A stretch of DNA of 63,161 bases, the filler included. It is 3 parts of 3 records of this genome, joined end to end, with 100 filler letters (N's around TTAATTAATTAA, not from the genome) between each part and the next. Parts side by side here need not be neighbours in the genome. Positions count along the whole stretch, not along the records: positions 1 to 30,426 come from DRR723986_5790; 2 more parts are not named here. The stretch is one strand, 5' to 3'. The translations under genes were made by a program, and so were the position numbers. Of this stretch, positions 9,522 to 18,865 are shown one piece after another; position 1 is the first letter of the stretch; each line of letters begins with the position of its first letter. The notes under the pieces are model-generated. The model was not told where the DNA came from, ran no database searches, and was given only the letters and a program-made list of their open reading frames with translations.

Positions 9522-11195
9522 ATGCCTGAAACAAATAATAGCACCCGAATTGTCATCGTTGGAGGTGTAGCTGGCGGAGCGTCCGCTGCAGCTCGCGCGC
9601 GGCGATGTGATGCAAACGCTGAAATTACCATCCTGGAAAAAGGCCCCGTTGTATCGTTTGCCAACTGCGGGCTTCCCTATCATCTTGGTGGCGAAATCGA
9701 GGATCGGCAGAAGCTCTTGGTGGCAACTCCAGAACTCTTTTGGGATCGCTTTCGAATTCGCGTCCGCACCGACCATGAAGTCACCAGCATTGACCGCAAA
9801 GCCAAGACCGTCACTGGCAAAACGCAGGATGGAGAAGAATTTAAAGTTCCTTACGACAAACTGATCTTGTCAACTGGCTCCGAGCCAATCCGCCCAGACT
9901 TCTACGATGAAACGATCAGTAATGTCTTCCAGTTGTGGACTCTGGATGACATGGATCGGATTCTCGCGTCGATGAAGAACCGCCCCTGCAAAACAGCAGC
10001 CGTGATCGGCGGGGGCTTTGTCGGACTGGAAGTTGTCGAACAACTAAAGCGCCGCGACATCACCGTCACTCTGATTGAACGCAACCCACAAGTCCTCAAG
10101 CCGCTCGATCCCGAGATGGCAAAGCTAATTGAGAACGAAATGACCAGCGCGGGAGTCAAGCTGTGCTTCAGCGCCAACGTTGAATCGCTTCTTACTAGCT
10201 CCGGCCGCGCCACTGCGGTCAAGTTAGCCAGTGGCGAGAGCATCCCCGCGGACCTCATCATTTCCAGTGCCGGCGTGCGTCCTAGAACTGAATTGGCCCA
10301 AGCATGCGAGTTGGGAATTGGGGACACAGGAGGAGTCTCGGTCAACTCGTACTATCAAACTGATGATCCCGACATTTACGCTGTAGGTGATATGGTCGAA
10401 TATCATCATGGCACGCTAGACAAATCGATGCGTCTTCCACTGGCAGGCCCGGCCAATCGAGCTGGCAGAATCGCTGGAGAGCACGCTTCAACCGGAACCG
10501 CACCCGCATCGGGCAGCGTCCAAGGCACCGCGATCGTACGCGTCTTCGAGCTTGGGGCGGCGGCGACAGGATTAAACGAATCGGCTTGCCGGGCTGCTGG
10601 CTACGAATTCCGAACCGCCATCGTCCAGGCAGCCCACCACGCGAGCTACTTCCCAGGAGCCAAGCCACTTACGCTGAAGCTAATCTATGAACCAGAGAGT
10701 CGGCGTGTGCTGGGTGCCCAGGCCGTTGGCAAAGAAGGCGTTGATAAGCGGATCGATGTCGTTGCGACCCTGCTTAACTTTAAAGGCACCGTGGATGACC
10801 TTGCAGAGCTTGATTTAGCCTACGCGCCTCCCTACGGATCTGCAAAAGACATTCTTCATATGGCTGCCTTCGTCGCCCAAAACGATTTGAGTAAATCACC
10901 CAGCCTGCTCCCGCCGGACGCTCCCTTGGATGACTTGCAAGTCGTCGATGTGCGCGGTGCCAGCGAACTGGAAAAGCTGCCACTTGATGGTGCCATTCAC
11001 ATTCCCGTTGACGAACTCTCGGATCGATGGGAAGAGCTCGACACTAGCAAACCGACGGTGACGGTCTGCCACTCAGGCAAACGAGCTCATGTCGCCGCAT
11101 GTCTGCTCGCTGGAAAGGGATTTGATGTCGTGAGCAACCTATCAGGCGGAATGTCCATCCGGCGCTTGTGTGACGCTATCCCCGCGTCGGTGTGA
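9522..11195 (+). CDS. CoA-disulfide reductase-rhodanese fusion (NADH-dependent persulfide reductase-like)
   Basis: GGVAGG FAD motif, SFANC redox Cys, GGGFVG NAD motif, YAPP, and C-terminal rhodanese active loop CHSGKRA. ATG at 9522 avoids overlap with the MscS gene. Confidence 0.9.
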   Translation: MPETNNSTRIVIVGGVAGGASAAARARRCDANAEITILEKGPVVSFANCGLPYHLGGEIEDRQKLLVATPELFWDRFRIRVRTDHEVTSIDRKAKTVTGKTQDGEEFKVPYDKLILSTGSEPIRPDFYDETISNVFQLWTLDDMDRILASMKNRPCKTAAVIGGGFVGLEVVEQLKRRDITVTLIERNPQVLKPLDPEMAKLIENEMTSAGVKLCFSANVESLLTSSGRATAVKLASGESIPADLIISSAGVRPRTELAQACELGIGDTGGVSVNSYYQTDDPDIYAVGDMVEYHHGTLDKSMRLPLAGPANRAGRIAGEHASTGTAPASGSVQGTAIVRVFELGAAATGLNESACRAAGYEFRTAIVQAAHHASYFPGAKPLTLKLIYEPESRRVLGAQAVGKEGVDKRIDVVATLLNFKGTVDDLAELDLAYAPPYGSAKDILHMAAFVAQNDLSKSPSLLPPDAPLDDLQVVDVRGASELEKLPLDGAIHIPVDELSDRWEELDTSKPTVTVCHSGKRAHVAACLLAGKGFDVVSNLSGGMSIRRLCDAIPASV

Positions 11196-11372
11196 GGCCC
11201 AAAACAAGCCGCACAAGTGACCTCAACCGCAAAAGCCGCAGGACTTGCTGTTGGCACTCCTGGGCATTACTGCGACTTGTACCGAAAGGCTCAGCGCAAA
11301 AAAACAGACGGAGCTACCATCACGGTAGTCCGCCTGTTAAATTCAAAAACTTGCACCCGAGCAACAAACTCT

Positions 11373-12485
11373 TTAGAAGCGGAAGATCAGGTCGGCAGTC
11401 AGACGATCGTCCAGCAAACCGCGGCGGGCAGTCAACGGAAACTCGTAAGCGATACCAGCTTCGATGTTGCGACGTGGCTTCGCTTTCAGTCCGACCGCTT
11501 GCGTTACTAGGTCATTACCCGTTACGCCAGAAGCTCCCAAGTTAAACAAGTCGCCACCTTCAACAGGACCAAAGGCTGTACCTGAGCTTAGGTAGTTGTA
11601 CCAGTTGAATTCTGTGAATGCGTACAGTGGGCGTTCACCAATCTGACGATCAAAGTGATTCGACCAGTACCAAACTCGGTTCTCCAAGTTCGTATCGTTT
11701 GGCTCACGTAGTCCGCTTGCGCTGATCCAGTGACCCTTGTCGCCGATTCGCATGCCACCGGTTACGAAGAAGTGCCACTCGCCATTGCCGTTCCCCTGGA
11801 GCGACCTGTTTGAACCAGCGGGAAACTCGTACGTCAGGCCAGTGCTCAGGAGGCGACCATTGCAGGTGTCGCGATACAAGTTGTACTTCAGGCCAGCCGC
11901 GCCATCAGCAAAGCCACTATCCAAGATAGGACTCTGGGTGTGAATCAGGCCATCTTTGGTAGCAATAATGCTCAGTCGGTCAGTAATACGGGCTCGCAAT
12001 TGCAGAGCGTACACTTGCACCGAATTGCCACCTAGGGCCGCAGGCAGGTTATGGTTGATGAAGATAAAGCGAGCTTCGGTCAAGCTACGCGGATCTTCGA
12101 AAAAGACAGGGTTGGTCATTGGGCTGATGAAATCATCAAAGCAACGATCCGACTCTTTAATAAACCCGAACCCGAGCAGACCACCTTTGTTGCGACCGCC
12201 GAAAAGCGAATCGCATCCGCCAGCGGTATCACAGCAGCTATCTGCATTACAGCCGTCATCGCACAGGTCGGCCGTATCACAACCCAGACCACTTACATCG
12301 CATGCCAAGCAACTATCACTACTGCCTGCCTCCGCTTCCGCCGCTGGGCGATCACTTGGGCTTGTGTGGATTGCAGTCGGAATGACCCGACGCTCGTAGG
12401 AGTCGACTTTGTCGATGGCCCCGGCATTGCCGGCGAGAGTCAGGGCCAGCAGCCCCCCAAAAACCCTCAGTCGTTTGACATCCAT
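11373..12485 (-). CDS. Outer-membrane beta-barrel protein with Cys-rich N-terminal linker
   Basis: ATG at 12485 with a GAAGGA RBS, signal peptide, Cys-rich spacer, alternating beta-strand pattern, terminal ...ADLIFRF. Confidence 0.75.
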   Translation of the reverse strand: MDVKRLRVFGGLLALTLAGNAGAIDKVDSYERRVIPTAIHTSPSDRPAAEAEAGSSDSCLACDVSGLGCDTADLCDDGCNADSCCDTAGGCDSLFGGRNKGGLLGFGFIKESDRCFDDFISPMTNPVFFEDPRSLTEARFIFINHNLPAALGGNSVQVYALQLRARITDRLSIIATKDGLIHTQSPILDSGFADGAAGLKYNLYRDTCNGRLLSTGLTYEFPAGSNRSLQGNGNGEWHFFVTGGMRIGDKGHWISASGLREPNDTNLENRVWYWSNHFDRQIGERPLYAFTEFNWYNYLSSGTAFGPVEGGDLFNLGASGVTGNDLVTQAVGLKAKPRRNIEAGIAYEFPLTARRGLLDDRLTADLIFRF

Positions 12486-13296
12486 GCCATTGAATCCTTC
12501 ATTCATTGTGTGTCGATCAGCGCCAGGGATACAAATGCCGTATCCCCAACCATGAATGTGGTGTGCAAATGCGAAATCCGTTCGCTTCAAGTGCACACTA
12601 CGCACACCAATACCACCCGCCGGGGCATCCCATGCAGTTTGGTGTGGGGTCTACATCGTCTGTGCACACCTTCGCCACGAAACCTCGGGTTCGTCGATTT
12701 CGAATTCGCGCAGCCGCAGAGCGTCAGTAAATCGACCTGCAACGAAAACTCACCATCGGCAAACCTTTCCGATTGCAGCGAATCAAACGAAAGCAACAAA
12801 GGCAGATCGACGGGCTGTGCGAACGTGCACACCTAGCCTGCGAGCATGAACGAGGTCGCGCGACAGTCCCGGAACTTCATCGACAAGCGATAACGTTGAG
12901 AAAAGCGGTACCGAAGTCGCCTATGCACTCCCCGATCTACACAGCCACGCGATGGAGAAAGACCAATCTGCCCCTTTGATCGGCGTCCAAGCGCGACAAT
13001 TCGCACAGCCGCCGGTCGCCGCTACAACCGTCCGAGTAAATGGTAGTCGCGTAGATTGCTCTGCGCCACAAACTTCGTACCGACTCGATGCGGCAAAGTG
13101 GCACGAATGCTCCTCAATTGCCCCAAAGTTTTGCTGCGACCGGCGTGTTGGCACGCTGGATGCTCGACTGGCCGGGACAACTCGCGATCGGTGCGCTTGC
13201 AGTCCCACTTCATTCGCTGGTGAGCATTATTGATTCAAGCGATCAGGGTTTTGATCGCTCTACAGACCTACGTTTTCGCAGAGACAACAGAATTCG

Positions 13297-15621
13297 ATGT
13301 CGACCCAAACAGTTGAAGCTGGCAACGCCTCGAACGAAGCGACCGATACCAGCGGCATGGACTCCTTTTCGTACGATGACAAAATCGTGCGAATGTTTGT
13401 TACTGCGACGATCATTTGGGGCTTGGTGGGTACGCTCGCTGGCTTGATCGTCGCTGTCCTGCTGGTTTATCCATGGCTGACCGGTGGGCTACCGTGGCTG
13501 TCGTTTGGGCGTCTGCGGCCGCTACACACCAACGCGGCTATCTTCGCATTCGCTGGCAACGCCGTCTTCGCAGCAATTTACTACAGCACCCAGCGGCTCT
13601 GCAAAGCGAGAATGTGGAGCGACACTCTCAGCCACCTGCACTTTTGGGGCTGGCAAGCAATCATTGTCGCTGCCGCGATTACCCTGCCTCTGGGCATCAC
13701 ACAAAGTAAAGAGTACGCCGAACTTGAATGGCCCATCGATATCGCGATAGCCGTTGTTTGGCTGGTCATCTTTGGTGGCAACTTCTTGATGACGCTCATC
13801 AACCGTCGTGAGCGGCACATGTACGTCGCACTTTGGTTCTACATTGCGACCATCGTCACAGTGGCCCTGCTTCACGTATTCAACAACTTGGTCATTCCAA
13901 TTGGACCAACCAATAGTGCATCGATTTACGCCGGAGTTCAAGACGCATTCATGCAGTGGTGGTATGGCCACAATGCGGTCGCGTTCTTTCTGACGACGCC
14001 GTTTCTCGGCATGATGTACTACTTCCTGCCCAAGGCGGCCGAACGTCCAGTATTTAGCTACAAGCTGAGTATCATCCACTTCTGGTCGCTAGTCTTCATT
14101 TACATCTGGGCCGGTCCTCACCACTTGCACTACACGTCGCTTCCCGAGTGGGCAAGCACACTTGGCATGCTGTTCAGCTTGATGCTTTGGATGCCTAGCT
14201 GGGGTGGAATGATCAATGGTCTGTTGACCTTACGTGGCGCTTGGCACAAAGTTGCTGCAGACCCAATCCTGAAGTTCTTTGTCGTTGGCGTAACCTTCTA
14301 CGGAATGGCAACTTTCGAAGGCCCACTGCTTTCGATCAAGAGCGTCAATGCTCTTAGCCACTATACTGACTGGACGATCGCCCACGTCCACTCCGGTGCA
14401 CTAGGCTGGAACGGTTTCATGACGTTTGGCATGATCTACTGGCTGCTACCGCGATTGTTCCAGACCAAGATGTGGAGCGACAAACTTGTCAGCATGCACT
14501 TCTGGGTTGGAACGCTCGGAATCCTGCTATACATCATCCCGATTTATGCTGCAGGCCTCATGCAAGGCTTGATGTGGCGTGCCATCGATCAAACGACGGG
14601 GCAGCTCAGCTACCCTGACTTCGTAGAAACGACTCAGAGCATCATTCCTCTCTGGCAGCTTCGTATCCTTGGTGGGCTACTGTACGTTGCCGGCGTTGTC
14701 ATGATGGCTTGGAACGCCTTGATGACCTGGATGACTCGGCCTAGCGTTTACGAAGTCCCAGTCATCACCGCACCTCGTTTGGCAAAGACTTATACCGAAG
14801 AGACTCAAGCCGAGACTACGGAACTTGCCGGTGCACCTGTACTAGAACTGGGCAAGAAGCTGGACATCTGGGCCAAGATGGGCTGGCACAGGAGCTGGGA
14901 ACGTTTGCCGGTTAAGTTTACGATTCTGACGACGCTCGCCGTCGTGATTGCATCACTGTTCGAGTTCATCCCGACGTTTTTGATCCGAAGCAACGTTCCA
15001 ACGATCGCAACCGTCCAGCCTTACACGCCCCTGGAACTTGCCGGTCGTCACCTGTACATTTCCGAAGGCTGTTACAACTGCCACTCGCAACAGATTCGGC
15101 CAATGGTTGCCGAAACAAAGCGTTACGGCGAATACAGCAAGCCCGGCGAGTTCATCTACGACCGACCGTTTCAGTGGGGCAGCCGCCGCATTGGTCCTGA
15201 CCTGGCCCGCGAAGGCGGAAAGCAGAGTAGCTTCTGGCACTGGACACACTTCGAGAATCCGCAGAAAGCGGTTACTGGATCTGTGATGCCCGAATACGCC
15301 TACTTGCTCGACGAAGACATTAAATTCGAAGCGATTCAGCAGTTGGTCGACACGGCCCACCTGCTCGGAGCACCGTACGACGAAGAGCTGACCGATGCTG
15401 CGGAGATTGCCCGGCGTCAAGCAGAATATATCGCTGCGGACATTGTCTCTCAGGGCGGTCCAGCGGGTGTACACGAAAAGCAAGCCATTGCTCTGATCGC
15501 CTACATCCAAAGGCTTGGCACGGACTACTTTAAGACCGAGGAGCCTGCGGAAGAACAGGCAGACGAAGCCGAGCCATCCGATACACCGGATGAAGCCGAA
15601 ACGGTTGCACTCAATAACTAA
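13297..15621 (+). CDS. ccoN: cbb3-type cytochrome c oxidase, fused subunits I/II (CcoN-CcoO)
   Basis: RLRPLHT, WWYGHNAV, GPHHLH and AHVH heme-copper ligands; C-terminal CcoO domain with CYNCHSQ and WGSRRIGPDL. Confidence 0.97.
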   Translation: MSTQTVEAGNASNEATDTSGMDSFSYDDKIVRMFVTATIIWGLVGTLAGLIVAVLLVYPWLTGGLPWLSFGRLRPLHTNAAIFAFAGNAVFAAIYYSTQRLCKARMWSDTLSHLHFWGWQAIIVAAAITLPLGITQSKEYAELEWPIDIAIAVVWLVIFGGNFLMTLINRRERHMYVALWFYIATIVTVALLHVFNNLVIPIGPTNSASIYAGVQDAFMQWWYGHNAVAFFLTTPFLGMMYYFLPKAAERPVFSYKLSIIHFWSLVFIYIWAGPHHLHYTSLPEWASTLGMLFSLMLWMPSWGGMINGLLTLRGAWHKVAADPILKFFVVGVTFYGMATFEGPLLSIKSVNALSHYTDWTIAHVHSGALGWNGFMTFGMIYWLLPRLFQTKMWSDKLVSMHFWVGTLGILLYIIPIYAAGLMQGLMWRAIDQTTGQLSYPDFVETTQSIIPLWQLRILGGLLYVAGVVMMAWNALMTWMTRPSVYEVPVITAPRLAKTYTEETQAETTELAGAPVLELGKKLDIWAKMGWHRSWERLPVKFTILTTLAVVIASLFEFIPTFLIRSNVPTIATVQPYTPLELAGRHLYISEGCYNCHSQQIRPMVAETKRYGEYSKPGEFIYDRPFQWGSRRIGPDLAREGGKQSSFWHWTHFENPQKAVTGSVMPEYAYLLDEDIKFEAIQQLVDTAHLLGAPYDEELTDAAEIARRQAEYIAADIVSQGGPAGVHEKQAIALIAYIQRLGTDYFKTEEPAEEQADEAEPSDTPDEAETVALNN

Positions 15622-15653
15622 ACTCACCCTACCCCAAGAATTGGATCCCAACT

Positions 15654-15833
15654 GTGGTTAAAGACCTAGTCAGAGCACTCGATTATTCGAACTTTGCCGT
15701 AGAAGCTCTGATCCTATTCGTAGTCGCTTTTTTGGCCATCGTTTTCGGCGCATTGCGGCTGAGTAAGAAATCAACGGAAAGCTTTGCGGCAATCCCCCTG
15801 AGCGATAAAGTGGAGACTCCACGCGATGAATAA
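15654..15833 (+). CDS. ccoQ: cbb3 oxidase subunit CcoQ
   Basis: 59-aa ORF (GTG start) MVKDLVRALDYSNFAVEALILFVVAFLAIVFGALRLSKKSTESFAAIPLSDKVETPRDE: one TM helix plus an A-x-x-P-L motif; overlaps the ccoP start. Missing from the ORF track. Confidence 0.8.
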   Translation: MVKDLVRALDYSNFAVEALILFVVAFLAIVFGALRLSKKSTESFAAIPLSDKVETPRDE

Positions 15834-16482
15834 TCCTGATCCAGTGACAACCGGCCACGCTTACGATGGCATCCAAGAATTTGACAACCCGCTGCCGGGA
15901 TGGTGGAAGTGGATGTTCGTTGGCTCGATCGTCTTCAGTGTTTTCTACGCCATGTATTTTCATGTAGGTGCACCAGGCCGTACGGTAGCCGACCAGTACG
16001 ACCGCGAACTCGACGCGGTCACTCGACTGCTGTACGACCAGATTGGCGACCTAGAAGGTGACGAGCAGACGCTCACCAAATACATGCTGGAAGATTCCTG
16101 GATGAAGGTTGGGCAGGGCATCTACAAGACGAACTGCATCTCATGTCATGGGGCTCAGGCCGAAGGCAAAATCGGCCCAAACCTGACCGACGAAGCCTTC
16201 AAGAACATTCGCAAGATCGAAGACATCGTTCGCGTCATCCGCAAGGGTGCTGCTAAAGGTGCAATGCCTGCCTGGGAAAACCGATTGGCTCAAAACGATA
16301 TCGTCCTGGTCTCTGCCTACATCGCATCATTGCGAGGCGAGAACGTTCCAGGGAAAGATCCAGAGGGAAGCCAGATTGCACCGTGGCCAGAGTATCAAGG
16401 CCCGCCCGCCGGGGAAGAGGAAGCCGAAGACAACGATGGCGACGCTCAAGGTGACCAAGCGAAGGCCGACGCCGAAGGTTAG
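15826..16482 (+). CDS. ccoP: cbb3 oxidase subunit III (monoheme CcoP)
   Basis: HAYDGIQEFDNPLPGWW N-terminal motif; a single CISCH; GPNLTD; MPAW. Confidence 0.92.
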   Translation: MNNPDPVTTGHAYDGIQEFDNPLPGWWKWMFVGSIVFSVFYAMYFHVGAPGRTVADQYDRELDAVTRLLYDQIGDLEGDEQTLTKYMLEDSWMKVGQGIYKTNCISCHGAQAEGKIGPNLTDEAFKNIRKIEDIVRVIRKGAAKGAMPAWENRLAQNDIVLVSAYIASLRGENVPGKDPEGSQIAPWPEYQGPPAGEEEAEDNDGDAQGDQAKADAEG

Positions 16483-16710
16483 GCCTCGGCAGGAGCTAGG
16501 CAACTAGCACGCCAGAACTCAACGCCAAGACTCAACGACCGGAACACTGCATGCAGATGGGGGGATCGCCCAGAATGGGCCTCTAAAACGTAGGGACGCG
16601 TATCCCCCATCTGCATCGCATGTTGTTCGTCGCACGAAGCTTCACGAACAAAACGCTACACCGCACAGCCAAACCGCCTTACGCCGAACCGCGAACAAGA
16701 TTGCATTGAC

Positions 16711-18282
16711 ATGGACACTGGAGCACAACTGCCAACGGTTAACACCAGCGAGAAGAAAAAATCTTGCTCGGGAACCTGCGCAGGCTGCGCTGCCAAACGC
16801 GAAAAGGCGGCGCTGGAAGCCGCTGCGGCGATTGGCGGAGAATCGTCCAAAGATGCCGCTTCTGGTGGTTGCGGCGGTCACGACAAGCAAACTTCTGCTC
16901 AAGAACCGCTTCTTGACGCACCGGAGCATGTCCTTAGCACGCTGGAAAAGGATGGCACCCGTCGATGGATCAAGCCAACACTTTCAAAAGGACTGTGGTG
17001 GAATCGCCGCCGGATCCTCGCCTATGTGTTGATGGTGATTTTCGTTGCCGTTCCGCATATCCACATCTTTGGTAAACCACTGATTCGGCTCGACATCACC
17101 GCTCGTCAGTTTACGATCTTTGGCCACACTTTCTTGCCCACCGACACGCTGCTATTAGCGCTCGTCATGCTGACCGCTTTTGTGAGCATCGTCTTCATTA
17201 CCAGCGTCGCAGGACGTGCGTGGTGCGGCTGGGCATGTCCACAGACGGTCTACATCGAATACCTGTTCCGCCCCATCGACCGCCTCTTTGAAGGAACGGT
17301 CGGAAAAGGCGGCAATGCAAAGAAACAGCTTTCTGCACCGGCACAGTTTGCCCGATTCGGTGTCTATGTGGTGCTCAATATGTTTTTGGCACACACGTTC
17401 TTGGCATACTTCGTCGGTCCGGAAAAACTTTCCGAATGGATATTCAGCTCGCCGTTTGAACATCCCGTTGCGTTTATCGTTATGGCTGCAACGACGGGAT
17501 TGCTCACATACGATTTCTTTTTCTTCCGCGAACAGACCTGCATGATCGCTTGCCCTTACGGGCGATTCCAGTCGGTCATGCTCGATCGCCAATCGTTGAT
17601 CGTTGCCTACGATTACAACCGTGGCGAACCCAGAAAGAAGGGCAAACCAGCGGGCGGCACTTCTGGGCACTGCGTCGATTGCAACCAGTGCGTTCGTGTT
17701 TGCCCAACCGGAATCGACATTCGCGACGGCTTGCAAATGGAGTGCATCAACTGCACGCAGTGTATCGATGCCTGTGACGACGTAATGTCCAAAGTGGGTC
17801 TTCCTCAAGGTCTGATCCGTTACACTTCGGAAGATGCCTTGGCTGGCAAGAAGCGGAAATTCCTTCGCGCACGCACGATCGCTTACCCTTTGATTCTGGT
17901 TGTCCTTGTTTCGGGCCTCGCTGTGGCGCTCTCACAGAAGTACAGCTTTGACGCTCGTATCATTCGTGGTAAGGGTGCACCGTTTAACAAAGTTGAACGT
18001 GGCGTTGCGTCGAACAGCTTCAATGTCCGGCTGGTCAATCGAACCGACGAACAACAAACTTATACCTTCGCCATTGACTCGCCCGCAAAGGCTACCGTTG
18101 AAGTAGTCGACAAGAGCGTTCTGACTATTGGCGCTGGTGAATCAGAACTAGTGCCCGTGTATGTCACCTTCCCGAACTACCTGACCACCGGCGACGGCAG
18201 CGCTCCAGTCACATTCAAAATCACCGACTCTGCCGGCAACGAGCGGACTCCTGAATCTACGCTCTTAGGGCCACGACAATGA
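16711..18282 (+). CDS. ccoG: cbb3 accessory 4Fe-4S protein CcoG
   Basis: GRAWCGWACPQT, CMIACPYGRFQ, CVDCNQCVRVCPTGIDIR and CINCTQCIDAC motifs; C-terminal Ig-like domain. Confidence 0.95.
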   Translation: MDTGAQLPTVNTSEKKKSCSGTCAGCAAKREKAALEAAAAIGGESSKDAASGGCGGHDKQTSAQEPLLDAPEHVLSTLEKDGTRRWIKPTLSKGLWWNRRRILAYVLMVIFVAVPHIHIFGKPLIRLDITARQFTIFGHTFLPTDTLLLALVMLTAFVSIVFITSVAGRAWCGWACPQTVYIEYLFRPIDRLFEGTVGKGGNAKKQLSAPAQFARFGVYVVLNMFLAHTFLAYFVGPEKLSEWIFSSPFEHPVAFIVMAATTGLLTYDFFFFREQTCMIACPYGRFQSVMLDRQSLIVAYDYNRGEPRKKGKPAGGTSGHCVDCNQCVRVCPTGIDIRDGLQMECINCTQCIDACDDVMSKVGLPQGLIRYTSEDALAGKKRKFLRARTIAYPLILVVLVSGLAVALSQKYSFDARIIRGKGAPFNKVERGVASNSFNVRLVNRTDEQQTYTFAIDSPAKATVEVVDKSVLTIGAGESELVPVYVTFPNYLTTGDGSAPVTFKITDSAGNERTPESTLLGPRQ

Positions 18283-18815
18283 CAACCACAGTTGGACGCT
18301 TTCAGCAGACACTCTCCCAAGAAGAAATCCTGGTCGAGCGACGCGCTCGTAGGTTTTGGGTCGGCTTGGTCGTTGGGTTGCTTGGCCTGCAAATCGCAAT
18401 CGGCGTGTTCAGCGTGACACTCGCTCTGGGCGACCCAACCGTTGCGGTCATCCCGAACTATCACCAGAACGCGGTCAATTGGGACACGACGCGGCGAGCA
18501 CTTCAGCTCACCGAATCACTGGGGCTGAGCGTTGTCGCCGACGCACCCATGGCGGCAGGCAATGAGGACAAACGCCTCTTGGTTGTCCAGTTGAGAGACG
18601 CCGACGGGTACACACTCAATGACGTCAACATACACGCCAAAGTCTTCCATCATGCCGACGGAAAAACGGTTCATAACATCCAACTGAAACAAGTCGCCAA
18701 CGGCAACTACGTTGGCCTGACAGGTCTGACTCAACCAGGGATTTGGCAACTGGAACTTAGGATGGAGGGTGAGCACGGCGTGGCGGCAATCTCGCGTGAG
18801 TTGAACGTTGAATAG
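18279..18815 (+). CDS. ccoH: FixH/CcoH-family protein
   Basis: One TM helix, then NYHQNAVNWD and a YtkA/FixH-like Ig fold ending GIWQLEL; 4-nt overlap with ccoG. Confidence 0.8.
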   Translation: MTTTVGRFQQTLSQEEILVERRARRFWVGLVVGLLGLQIAIGVFSVTLALGDPTVAVIPNYHQNAVNWDTTRRALQLTESLGLSVVADAPMAAGNEDKRLLVVQLRDADGYTLNDVNIHAKVFHHADGKTVHNIQLKQVANGNYVGLTGLTQPGIWQLELRMEGEHGVAAISRELNVE

Positions 18816-18865
18816 CCGCGTCAGTTTGAGACCGACAGTTTAACCAGCGAAGAACAACGCCAGTC

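Noticed and set aside
12051-12836. 261-aa plus-strand ORF
   Set aside because: Largely antisense to the beta-barrel gene, with no recognisable motifs.
12976-12989. TTGAT-CGGC-GTCCA as an FNR box for ccoN
   Set aside because: The right half-site has two mismatches and it is about 300 nt from the start; too weak.
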